From positions 1 to 36,401 of the forward strand of contig JAYEOM010000095.1 of NCBI GenBank assembly GCA_034722955.1: a stretch of DNA of 36,401 nt, written 5' to 3'. Source of the DNA: Campylobacterota bacterium (GTDB lineage Bacteria > Campylobacterota > Campylobacteria > Campylobacterales > Sulfurovaceae). The notes under the pieces are model-generated. The model did not search any database and had not been told where the DNA came from. It saw only the letters and a program-made list of their open reading frames with translations. Shown here one piece after another: positions 1 to 9,516 of this stretch. Position 1 is the first letter of the stretch, and each line of letters begins with the position of its first letter. Both the position numbers and the translations under genes were made by a program.

Positions 1-2
1 AT

Positions 3-635
<633 letters not shown>

Positions 636-652
636 GTATCATAGTTAGTCAC

Positions 653-681
653 ACTCCTAAGCAGATGCTTAGGAGTATTTT
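653..681 (+). terminator. Rho-independent terminator-like hairpin after icd
   Basis: ACTCCTAAGC-agat-GCTTAGGAGT followed by ATTTT. Confidence 0.65.
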
Positions 682-836
682 GATATAAATATTTATAATT
701 CTTCGTTTCTCTACTTAGTTTTGGAATGTATATACCCTGCAAATATCTTTTTATGTATTCCCAAGCTTGAGATTAGAAGCGGATTTTAATATTAGGAATT
801 ATTATTATTTAATAGAAGTATGACAAAAGGATTGAT

Positions 837-1790
837 ATGTCAAAAGGTAAAAAAGTAACGGTTATCGGAACAGGTAACTTTGGCTCTACTGTAGCATTCA
901 TATTGGCGATGAACGGAACTTGTCACAATGTAGTGTTAAGAGGTAGAAATTATGATGTGGCAAAAGGCAAAGCTCTCGATATGTCCCAAGCAGCCAATGC
1001 AGCTAGACAGCATACGATCGTAAAAGCTGCGAAGAATCCTGAGTGTATGGTTGACTCTGATGTCGTAGTGATCACCGCAGGAGCACCACGAACTCCAGGG
1101 ATGAGTCGTGATGACCTACTTCTCAAAAATGCAGCTATAGTGAGAGATTATGCTAGAGAGATCAAAGAGCATGTGCCGGATGCAGTCGTGGTGGTAGTAT
1201 CAAATCCGCTTGATGTGATGACATATGTAGCACTCAAGGAGACAGGTTTCCCAAGAGAGAGAGTTCTTGGTATGGCAGGTATACTTGACTCAGCTAGAAT
1301 GGCACACTTCATCTATGAGAAGCTTGAGTATGGAGCAGGTCAGATAAGGGCTACAGTGATGGGTGGTCATGGCGATACAATGGTGCCACTACCAAAGTTT
1401 ACGACAGTTGCCGGTGTGCCTATAGAAGATCTTCTTGACTCTGAAGAGATCGGTGAGATAGTTAAAAAGACAAGAAAAGGTGGTGCTCAGATCGTAAATC
1501 TCCTAGGTGATGGTTCTGCATATTATGCACCTGCCAAATCTACGACTGTAATGGTGGATGCTATACTCAAAGATACAAACCAGATACACTCATGTGCTAT
1601 TATGCTCAAAGATGACTACGGGTATTCAGATATCGTCTCTGGTGTACCTGTCATGATCGGTGCAGGCGGAGCAGAGCAGGTGATCAATATGGCTCTCAAG
1701 CCTCTTCAGCAGAAAAGATTTAAAAACTCTGTAGCCTCTGTGCAAGAGATGGTCGATAAACTATATGAATTAGACTTTTTTGATAGTTAA
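837..1790 (+). CDS. mdh: LDH-like malate dehydrogenase, paralogue 1 (NADP-type fingerprint)
   Basis: GTGNFG Rossmann motif; TAGAPRTPGMSRDDL loop with MDH-type Arg; SNPLD, LDSAR, GGHGD; AAAGGGA RBS. Confidence 0.93.
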   Translation: MSKGKKVTVIGTGNFGSTVAFILAMNGTCHNVVLRGRNYDVAKGKALDMSQAANAARQHTIVKAAKNPECMVDSDVVVITAGAPRTPGMSRDDLLLKNAAIVRDYAREIKEHVPDAVVVVVSNPLDVMTYVALKETGFPRERVLGMAGILDSARMAHFIYEKLEYGAGQIRATVMGGHGDTMVPLPKFTTVAGVPIEDLLDSEEIGEIVKKTRKGGAQIVNLLGDGSAYYAPAKSTTVMVDAILKDTNQIHSCAIMLKDDYGYSDIVSGVPVMIGAGGAEQVINMALKPLQQKRFKNSVASVQEMVDKLYELDFFDS

Positions 1791-2033
1791 GAATAAAATA
1801 ATATAAATATTAATTATTTATATTATTTTTTTTATTCTTTAAATGTTACTAATATCTACAAATAATTTTTAAAACTTCTAAAATATCTATACTAAATATA
1901 AAACATAACATAAAACAGTTATTTTATAAATATGCTTAAATACTATAGTTTTGGTTTTTTCACTCTGACTTTAAAGGTACGAGTCAAGCCAAAATCATAT
2001 AGTAAAGTAATTTTATAAATAGGGAGTGCTTAT

Positions 2034-3695
2034 ATGGATAATCATGATATTATTTCGACCGATGTGCTTATCGTCGGTGGTGGACCTTCTGGTCTGGCTA
2101 CGGCAATAGAACTAGCCAATAGTTTCAAGCAAAAAGGTGAAGAGAAGAGGATAATACTCATTGAGAAAGGTAACTCAATAGGTTCGCATATTCTTTCAGG
2201 TGCGGTGATACGACCAAAAGTATTTGAGTCTCTGTTGACAAAAGAGGAGTACGATGGTATTCCATTTGACTCTAAAGTATCAACTGATGTTACAGTGAAG
2301 CTGAATGATAGCGGAGAGATGGAGTTGCCATTTCACCCTCCATATATGAATAATGAGGGTAACTATATAGCTTCTCTTGGTCAAGTATGTAAGTATTTGG
2401 CAGAAGTTGCTCAATCTAAAGGTGTAGAGATATATACAGGATTTGCTGTAGATGATATGCTCTATAACAAAGATGGAAAAGTAGCAGGTGTCAAAACCAA
2501 AGATACCGGAGTCGATCACCACGGGGTAAAGCAGAAAAATTACCAAGAGGGAACAGCAGTCGAAGCTGATATCACTATCCTAGCTGAGGGTACACGAGGC
2601 AGTCTCGCTAAAAAGGTTATCGATAAATTTAACCTAGATTCAGGTAAAAGCCCACAGATCTATTCACTAGGCGTGAAAGAGATATGGAGTGTTCCCGAGG
2701 GCAATATAGAAGCAGGTGCAGTCTATCATACATTTGGATATCCGCTTGTGGATAAGTCAGAGTTTGGTGGTGGATTTATCTATGGTCTCAGTGACAACAG
2801 AGTAGCACTTGGATTGGTCGTAGGACTTGACTATGAGGATCCTAGTTTTGATACACATGCGGCTATGCAAGTATGGAAAACACACCCCTATGTCTCTAAG
2901 TTTTTAAAAGGTGGAACTCTAGTTGAGTTTGGCGCCAAAACCCTACCTGAAGGTGGGTGGAACTCTATGCCTAAATATTATGATGACAACCTTATGATAG
3001 TGGGTGATAGTGCAGGATTCTTGACAACTACTAGACTCAAAGGTGTTCACTTGGCTATCCGTTCAGGTATCTGTGCAGCCAAAACAGCGGTAGAGGCACT
3101 TGAGAAAAATGATACTAGCAAAAAGTCTCTCTCCAAATATGAAGAGCTAGTCAACAGCAGTCCTATCTATAATGAGATGTATCCTATTAGAAACATGAGA
3201 GCTGTCATGCAAAATGGTATGATAGTTGGCGGATTGAAGATGGGTGTTCAGCTTCTCACAGGCGGTACCTGTCTCTTCGTACCTGAAGTGGAAGCGGACA
3301 GTGATACAACCAAGAAGACAGCTATGTATGATGGAGTTCCATTTGCAGAGCGATTTGCCGGTAGATTGGACTTTGATAAAAAACTCACCTTTGATAAAGT
3401 TACCGGTGTCTACTACTCAAAAGCGATGCATGATGAAGTTCAGCCTGTACACTTAGTGGTCAACAATGAGGCAGAGTTTCAAACATCAAATATAGAGGAG
3501 TATGGTCTATCTTGTGCTGCATTTTGTCCAGCTGAAGTCTATGAGCTTCACATCGACAGAGAGGGGAATAGATCCCTTAGACTCCATGCAGAGAACTGTG
3601 TACACTGTAAAACATGTGACATTAAATCACCAAATGGTGGCATAACTTGGACTACACCTTATGGTGGCGATGGTCCAGACTATAACTATATGTAA
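2034..3695 (+). CDS. Electron-transfer flavoprotein:quinone oxidoreductase (ETF-QO, FixC+X-like single chain)
   Basis: DVLIVGGGPSGL FAD motif; LIEKG..IGSHILSGA; AEGTRGSL; GVKEIW; GDSAGF..KGVHLA; C-terminal FCPAEVYE..NCVHCKTCDIK [4Fe-4S] motif and GGDGPDY end; AGGGAG RBS. Confidence 0.93.
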   Translation: MDNHDIISTDVLIVGGGPSGLATAIELANSFKQKGEEKRIILIEKGNSIGSHILSGAVIRPKVFESLLTKEEYDGIPFDSKVSTDVTVKLNDSGEMELPFHPPYMNNEGNYIASLGQVCKYLAEVAQSKGVEIYTGFAVDDMLYNKDGKVAGVKTKDTGVDHHGVKQKNYQEGTAVEADITILAEGTRGSLAKKVIDKFNLDSGKSPQIYSLGVKEIWSVPEGNIEAGAVYHTFGYPLVDKSEFGGGFIYGLSDNRVALGLVVGLDYEDPSFDTHAAMQVWKTHPYVSKFLKGGTLVEFGAKTLPEGGWNSMPKYYDDNLMIVGDSAGFLTTTRLKGVHLAIRSGICAAKTAVEALEKNDTSKKSLSKYEELVNSSPIYNEMYPIRNMRAVMQNGMIVGGLKMGVQLLTGGTCLFVPEVEADSDTTKKTAMYDGVPFAERFAGRLDFDKKLTFDKVTGVYYSKAMHDEVQPVHLVVNNEAEFQTSNIEEYGLSCAAFCPAEVYELHIDREGNRSLRLHAENCVHCKTCDIKSPNGGITWTTPYGGDGPDYNYM

Positions 3696-3712
3696 GCCTA
3701 GGGAGAATAAAT

Positions 3713-5674
3713 ATGACAATAATTAGTTTAATGAAACAGGTTCCATTGCCATCAGAGATGAGAATGGGTGATGATGGTTTGATGGATAGAACAAAAGCAA
3801 AGTCGATTATCAATGTAGACTGCCAGTATGGACTAGAGGCTGGTCTTCAGATCAAAAGTGAATACCCAGATGCGAAACTTATAGTATGTTCGATGGGGCC
3901 TCCATCATTTACCGAATCACTAGAGAATGCTTTGGCGATGGGTTATGATGAGGCGTATCTGCTCAGTGATAGAAGATTGGGTGGATCTGATACATATGCT
4001 ACTGGTTTGGCTATCTCCCATATGCTAAAACATTTAGGTTTTGGAAAGGGTAAAGATGAGGACTTCATCATCGTTGCAGGTCGTCAGACAAGTGATGGTG
4101 ATACAGCTCATGTGCCTTCTCAGGTTGCTGAATTTATGGGTATCCCACAGGGGACATTTATCGAAACAGCTGATTTCGTAGATGGTCGAGTTCATGCAAA
4201 GAGAATCATAGAGGGTGGGTATCAGATGATGAGCCTTCCTCTCCCCTGTGCGATGAGTTTTACGCCTACAGGTATCGACCCAAGAAGAGCCAAGCTATCC
4301 GGTGCGATCAAAGCTAGAAAAGCTGAAATTAAAATGTTGGATATTGATGATGTAGATCTTAGTACAGAGTTTATAGGTATTGGGATTCCCGGTGAAAATG
4401 GAAGTCCAACTATTGTATCAAAAGTAGCTACCATCAAAAGTGAAAGAGCTCCTGCCAAGATAGCAGAAGGTCATAATGAGGTAGAGTTGGTCGATTCGCT
4501 TTTGGCTCAGATGAAAGAGGGTAAAAATACCATTGAAGTCAAAGAGAAAAAAGCCAAAAAAGCCAAAAAAGTAGATGATACACTTGAACGAATTGACTTC
4601 AGAAAAGGTGCTTCAGGTATCATAACATGGGCAGAGGTAGTCAAGGGTGAAATTTCAAGACCATCTTTGGAGTTATTGACTCCTGCTAGGGATTTGGCCA
4701 ACTCTCTTGAAGAGGGGACTAAAGTCACTACACTTATTATCGGCAAAGATGTTGGTGATTTGGCAAAAGAGCTTATCGCACATGGGGCGGATGAAGTGAT
4801 CGTGGTGGATGATAAGAGACTTGAAGAGTATCGTATCCTGCCATTTTCTGAAATATTTGCTCAAGTGATCAAAGAGAGAGATCCTGAGATCGCACTTTTT
4901 GCTGCTACAACAGCGGGTCGAGAACTTGCTCCAAGAATTGGGGTAAAAACAGACTCTGGTGTAACAGCAGACTGTACAGAACTTTTGATCGGTGAACATA
5001 AACATAGAAATAAAGAGACTAAAGAGCAGGTGATATATGCTCCTATCCTAGAGTCAAGAAGACCAACTTATGGTGAGTCTAAACTGGCGACTATTATCGG
5101 TTTTGTCTGTCCTCAGATATCAACGGCAAGAGCCGGAACATTTGCAGTGCCTAATAGAGATGATGACAGAGAGGGTAAGATCACACCATTTACACCAACA
5201 CTGGATGAGTCAGAGTTTGTCTCTGAGATCATTGAAACAGTTATAGGTGAGGGTGGAATGCAGGGGCTATTTGAAGCTGATATTATCGTAGCTGGTGGTA
5301 GAGGTACTACAAGTGATGGTATGCAGATGGTAAAAGATTTGGCAGAGGCACTGAAAGAACAAGGTCTTAATGCAGAGTGGGCAGCATCAAGAGTTATGGT
5401 TGATGAGGGTGTCTCCGAGTATGCTAGACAGATAGGTCAAACTGGTAAAACAGTCAGACCAAAAGTCTATGTAGCTATCGGTATCTCTGGTGCGGTACAG
5501 CATATCGCTGGTATGAAAGAGTCTGATACTATAGTAGCTATAAATCACAATGCAAAAGAGACAATCTTTGCAAACTCTGATTTTGGAATAGTGGGTGAGT
5601 ATGAAGATCTATTGCCCGAATTGATAGAGAAGGTTAAAGCTGGATTTACCTTTGGTATTGAAGCAGATAAATAG
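3713..5674 (+). CDS. Fused electron-transfer flavoprotein beta+alpha subunits (EtfB-EtfA / FixA-FixB-like)
   Basis: N-half: MKQVP, SMGPP, LLSDRRLGGSDT, GRQTSDGDTAHV (beta). Lys-rich linker. C-half: GRELAPR, ADCTEL, RPTYG, IVAGGRG, QIGQTGKTVRP, GISGAVQH (alpha). Confidence 0.93.
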   Translation: MTIISLMKQVPLPSEMRMGDDGLMDRTKAKSIINVDCQYGLEAGLQIKSEYPDAKLIVCSMGPPSFTESLENALAMGYDEAYLLSDRRLGGSDTYATGLAISHMLKHLGFGKGKDEDFIIVAGRQTSDGDTAHVPSQVAEFMGIPQGTFIETADFVDGRVHAKRIIEGGYQMMSLPLPCAMSFTPTGIDPRRAKLSGAIKARKAEIKMLDIDDVDLSTEFIGIGIPGENGSPTIVSKVATIKSERAPAKIAEGHNEVELVDSLLAQMKEGKNTIEVKEKKAKKAKKVDDTLERIDFRKGASGIITWAEVVKGEISRPSLELLTPARDLANSLEEGTKVTTLIIGKDVGDLAKELIAHGADEVIVVDDKRLEEYRILPFSEIFAQVIKERDPEIALFAATTAGRELAPRIGVKTDSGVTADCTELLIGEHKHRNKETKEQVIYAPILESRRPTYGESKLATIIGFVCPQISTARAGTFAVPNRDDDREGKITPFTPTLDESEFVSEIIETVIGEGGMQGLFEADIIVAGGRGTTSDGMQMVKDLAEALKEQGLNAEWAASRVMVDEGVSEYARQIGQTGKTVRPKVYVAIGISGAVQHIAGMKESDTIVAINHNAKETIFANSDFGIVGEYEDLLPELIEKVKAGFTFGIEADK

Positions 5675-5686
5675 TAAGGAGTAGAT

Positions 5687-6631
5687 ATGACAGGAAAAAA
5701 AGTAGCGATAGTTGGGGCAGGAGCAGTAGGTGCAGCAGCAGCGTTCAGTTTGGCATTTACAGGAACTTGCCATAGGATACTGCTATATGATCTCTATCCG
5801 GAGGTAGCTATAGGTAAAGCACTGGATATCGCTCAAGCAACCAACTACTCCCCTAGAGGTACAGTAGTAGAGGCAGCAGTCAAGCCTGAAGATATCAAAG
5901 ATTGTGATGTTGTTGTTATCACGGCAGGTGTACCAAGAAAAAAAGATATGACAAGAGCTGATCTGCTCAATATCAATGCAGGTATTGTCAAAGAGGTTAC
6001 AGGATATATCAAGAAGTACTCACCAAATGCCATCATCCTCTGTGTCTCCAATCCACTCGATGTTATGACTTATGTTGTACATAAAGTAACAGGTTGGGAT
6101 AAAAATAGGATCATAGGTATGGGAGGAGCTCTCGATAGCTCTAGAATGGCATACCAGATTAGACAAAAAACAGGTTTTGGTGCAGCCCAGATACGACCTA
6201 CGATTCTAGGTGATCATGGTGAACATATGATACCGTATGTCGATATCGCAACTGTTGGAGGGATACCTCTTGACCAAATCGTATCAAAAGAGGATATGGA
6301 GGATATCATCTCCAAGACCAAAGATGGTGGTGCTGAGATAGTAAAGTATCTGAAGACTTCTGCTTTCTTCGCTCCAGGTCGTGCGATCTCTATCATGGTT
6401 GAAGCTATCTTGAGTGATGAAGAGAAGGTGATCTCTAGCTGTGCTATGTTAGATGGTGAGTATGGCTATAGTGATGTTACTGTGGGTGTGCCCTGTGTCA
6501 TTGGTGCAAATGGTATCGAGAAGGTGATAGAGCTCGACTTGAGTGAAGAGACAACAGCAAAATTTGCCAAATCTGTTGACTCAATCAATGAAAATATCAA
6601 TATCTTAAAAGATGGCGGTTTTTTTGATTAA
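5687..6631 (+). CDS. mdh: LDH-like malate dehydrogenase, paralogue 2 (NAD-type fingerprint)
   Basis: GAGAVG motif; Asp35 at end of beta-B; TAGVPRKKDMTRADL with MDH-type Arg; SNPLD, LDSSR, GDHGE; AAGGAG RBS, 12 nt after etf stop. Confidence 0.9.
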   Translation: MTGKKVAIVGAGAVGAAAAFSLAFTGTCHRILLYDLYPEVAIGKALDIAQATNYSPRGTVVEAAVKPEDIKDCDVVVITAGVPRKKDMTRADLLNINAGIVKEVTGYIKKYSPNAIILCVSNPLDVMTYVVHKVTGWDKNRIIGMGGALDSSRMAYQIRQKTGFGAAQIRPTILGDHGEHMIPYVDIATVGGIPLDQIVSKEDMEDIISKTKDGGAEIVKYLKTSAFFAPGRAISIMVEAILSDEEKVISSCAMLDGEYGYSDVTVGVPCVIGANGIEKVIELDLSEETTAKFAKSVDSINENINILKDGGFFD

Positions 6632-6653
6632 TTAATCTACTACAACTCTCATA

Positions 6654-6684
6654 GGGCTTGAGACTCTTCTCAAGCCTCTCTTCT
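6654..6684 (+). terminator. Hairpin/terminator closing the etf-mdh2 unit
   Basis: GGCTTGAGA-ctct-TCTCAAGCC followed by pyrimidine-rich tail. Confidence 0.55.
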
Positions 6685-6765
6685 ATCTATATTTCCCCTT
6701 TATAATACAGTTTTAACATACCTCATTGTAGAATACTTATATCTATTAAAGTAGGAGAAATTTTA

Positions 6766-7617
6766 ATGAGAGAGATAGAGTTTGATGAGGTTGTAGAAGC
6801 CGTTAGAAATATAATCATACATTGTGGTACAGATCTGCCCCAAGATACTTATGATGCACTTGAGAAAGCTATGGAGGAGGAGAAGTCCCCTGTGAGCAGA
6901 GAGGTGATCAGACAGATACTGGAAAATGCAGATATCGCCAAAGATGAGAAGAGACCACTCTGCCAAGATACCGGCTTGGCTGTCTTCTTTGTCAATATTG
7001 GTGATGAGGTGAAGATCAAGGGTGGTCTATTGAGAGATGCCATCAACGAAGGTACACAGAGGGGTTATACGGATGCTTATCTGAGAGCATCTACCTGTGA
7101 ACCGTTTAGTCGTGCAAACCTGAAAGATACAGTAGGGTATAACCTTCCTGCTATTATCCACTTTGATATAGTTGCCGGTGACAAGATCGATATAGAGTAT
7201 GCAGCCAAAGGTGGCGGATCAGAAAATGTATCGAGAGCTAGAGTATTTCCTCCTGCTGCAGGCAAAGAGGGGATCATCGATTATGTAAAAGAGGTGATCT
7301 CTGATGCAGGCGGAAACCCATGCCCTCCTATCACTATAGGTGTAGGAATAGGTGGTACATTTGAGAAGGCGTGTATCTCCTCTAAGCATGCACTTTTTAG
7401 AGATATAGGTAGCAAAAATGAAGATCCCGAGATGGATGAGATGGAGCAGACAATTTTGCATGAGGTCAATAATCTTGGCATCGGTGCGATGGGAATGGGC
7501 GGAACCAAAACAGCCTTGGCAGTTCACATAGAGTCCAATCCTTGTCATATCGCCTCTCTGCCTGTCTCTGTAAATGTTCAGTGCCACTCTTCAAGACATA
7601 CACACATAACCATATAA
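6766..7617 (+). CDS. Fe-S (class I) fumarate hydratase, alpha subunit (fumarate hydratase/tartrate dehydratase family)
   Basis: PLCQDTG, KGGGSEN, GNPCPP, GVGIGG, GAMGMGG, PCHIASLPV, QCHS motifs; TCA context. Confidence 0.92.
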   Translation: MREIEFDEVVEAVRNIIIHCGTDLPQDTYDALEKAMEEEKSPVSREVIRQILENADIAKDEKRPLCQDTGLAVFFVNIGDEVKIKGGLLRDAINEGTQRGYTDAYLRASTCEPFSRANLKDTVGYNLPAIIHFDIVAGDKIDIEYAAKGGGSENVSRARVFPPAAGKEGIIDYVKEVISDAGGNPCPPITIGVGIGGTFEKACISSKHALFRDIGSKNEDPEMDEMEQTILHEVNNLGIGAMGMGGTKTALAVHIESNPCHIASLPVSVNVQCHSSRHTHITI

Positions 7618-7629
7618 GGGAGCATAGAT

Positions 7630-8187
7630 ATGGCAAATTACACTTTAACAACCCCACTCACTTCAGAAGATACCAAAAAGCTCGAAGCTGGTGATACTGT
7701 TCTACTCAATGGTACAATATATACTGCTAGAGATGCAGCACACAAGAGATTGGTAGAGCTTATCGAAAAAGGTGAAGAGCTTCCTTTTGATCTGGAGGGT
7801 TCTATCATCTATTTTGTAGGACCAACACCTCCTAAACCGGGTGACCCTATAGGTAGTGCCGGTCCAACTACAAGTTACCGTATGGATAGTTTCTCCCCCA
7901 CTATGTTGAAACATGGCTCCAAAGGAATGATAGGAAAAGGCAAAAGAGACCAAGGTGTCAAAGATGCCTGTGTCGATTATGATGGTATCTACTTTGGTGC
8001 AACAGGCGGAGCAGGTGCTCTGCTAGGTAAGCAGATCACCGCTGCAGAGGTGATCGCCTATCCTGAGCTAGGTCCGGAAGCTGTCCGAAAGATCACTGTC
8101 AAAGAGTTTCCTGTGACAGTCATAAATGACACAAAAGGAAACGATCTCTATCAAATAGGCAGATCTCAGTATGAGGTCAAGGATTAA
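7630..8187 (+). CDS. Fe-S fumarate hydratase, beta subunit
   Basis: YTARDAAHKRL, GSAGPTTSYRMD, IGKG, LGPEA, DTKGNDLY. Confidence 0.92.
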   Translation: MANYTLTTPLTSEDTKKLEAGDTVLLNGTIYTARDAAHKRLVELIEKGEELPFDLEGSIIYFVGPTPPKPGDPIGSAGPTTSYRMDSFSPTMLKHGSKGMIGKGKRDQGVKDACVDYDGIYFGATGGAGALLGKQITAAEVIAYPELGPEAVRKITVKEFPVTVINDTKGNDLYQIGRSQYEVKD

Positions 8188-8197
8188 AATCCCCTCT

Positions 8198-8221
8198 AGT
8201 GAAGTATTTTGATGCTTCACT
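8198..8221 (+). terminator. Hairpin downstream of fumarase beta
   Basis: AGTGAAGTAT-tttg-ATGCTTCACT (one G:U pair); no clear U-tract. Confidence 0.4.
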
Positions 8222-8331
8222 GTGTAGAAATTTAACACATTATAATAATCACCCAAGTTGATATTGGTATTAATACAAGATTATTTTAATTCATCGTATA
8301 ATTCAAAATTGCATAAATAAAGGAGTTCAAA

Positions 8332-9504
8332 GTGAACATTCATGAGTATCAGGCAAAACAGATTTTTGCCAAGTATGATGTACCAACACCCAAGGGTATT
8401 ATGGTTGAAAGTGTAAAAGATGCAGTTGTCGCTGCACAAGAGTTAGGCGGACCTATCTGGGTTGTAAAAGCTCAAATTCATGCTGGTGGTCGTGGTCTTG
8501 GTGGTGGTGTAAAGCTAGCTAAGACTCTTGATGAGGTAGAAGAGTTAGCTAACGAAATTCTCGGAATGACACTAGTGACACACCAGACAGGCCCAGAGGG
8601 TAAACTGGTTCAAAAACTCTATATCGAAGATGGTGCTGATATTAAAGAGGAGTTGTATCTATCTGTTGTTCTTGACAGAAAACTTGAGATGCCTCTGATC
8701 ATGGCATCTACTGAGGGTGGTATGAATATTGAGGATGTTGCTGAAAATACTCCAGAGAAGATCATCACTGTTCCTGTCGATCCAACGATCGGTTTTCAAG
8801 GCTTCCATGGTCGTGAGTTAGCATTTGGCTTGGGTATCAGTGACAAGGTCGAGCAAAAAAATATCATCAAATTCGCACAGAAACTCTATAAACTCTATAT
8901 GGAAAATGATGCAGAGATGATCGAGATCAATCCTCTTGTCAAGACAGGCACAGGTGAGTTCATCGCACTTGACGGAAAGATGGGCTTTGATAACTCTGCT
9001 CTTGGTCGTCAACCGGATATCGCTGCGATGAGGGATTTGACAGAAGAGGATCCTGATGAGGTAGAGGCATCTCACTATGGTCTATCTTATGTCGCTCTTG
9101 ATGGTGAGATCGGCTGTATGGTCAATGGTGCAGGTCTTGCGATGGGTACAATGGATACGATCAACTATATGGGTGGAACACCGGCAAACTTCTTGGATGT
9201 TGGTGGTTCTGCCAATGCTGAAACGGTTGCCAAAGGGTTTGAGATCATCTTGAAAAATCCAAAGGTTAAAGCTATCTTTGTAAATATCTTTGGTGGAATC
9301 GTAAGATGTGATCGTATCGCAAATGGTATTATTGAAGCGACTAAGATTACAGATGTAAATGTACCGGTTATCGTTCGTCTCGATGGAACCAATGCTCCAG
9401 AGGCAGCAGAGATTCTTAAAAATGCAAATATTGCCAACCTTATCGTAGGTGATGATTTGGGTGATGGTGCAGCAAAAGCAGTAGAAGCTGCGGCAAAAGC
9501 ATAA
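8332..9504 (+). CDS. sucC: Succinyl-CoA synthetase beta subunit
   Basis: MNIHEYQAK, KAQIHAGGRG, EINPL, GCMVNGAGLAM, PANFLDVGG, NIFGGIVRCD; GTG start with AAGGAG. Confidence 0.97.
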   Translation: MNIHEYQAKQIFAKYDVPTPKGIMVESVKDAVVAAQELGGPIWVVKAQIHAGGRGLGGGVKLAKTLDEVEELANEILGMTLVTHQTGPEGKLVQKLYIEDGADIKEELYLSVVLDRKLEMPLIMASTEGGMNIEDVAENTPEKIITVPVDPTIGFQGFHGRELAFGLGISDKVEQKNIIKFAQKLYKLYMENDAEMIEINPLVKTGTGEFIALDGKMGFDNSALGRQPDIAAMRDLTEEDPDEVEASHYGLSYVALDGEIGCMVNGAGLAMGTMDTINYMGGTPANFLDVGGSANAETVAKGFEIILKNPKVKAIFVNIFGGIVRCDRIANGIIEATKITDVNVPVIVRLDGTNAPEAAEILKNANIANLIVGDDLGDGAAKAVEAAAKA

Positions 9505-9516
9505 GGGAGTATATAG

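Noticed and set aside
4547..4570. AAAAAAGCC tandem in the etf linker as a phase-variation or frameshift site
   Set aside because: Only A6 runs in a 9-bp in-frame unit encoding KKA; no frame disruption
5687..6631. Second dehydrogenase as L-lactate dehydrogenase (Ldh/Etf-type system)
   Set aside because: Substrate loop has Arg (PRKKDMTR), not the LDH Gln; ETF-linked lactate dehydrogenases are FAD enzymes of a different family
6766..8187. Tartrate dehydratase TtdAB call
   Set aside because: Same family, but position between mdh and sucCD favours fumarate hydratase
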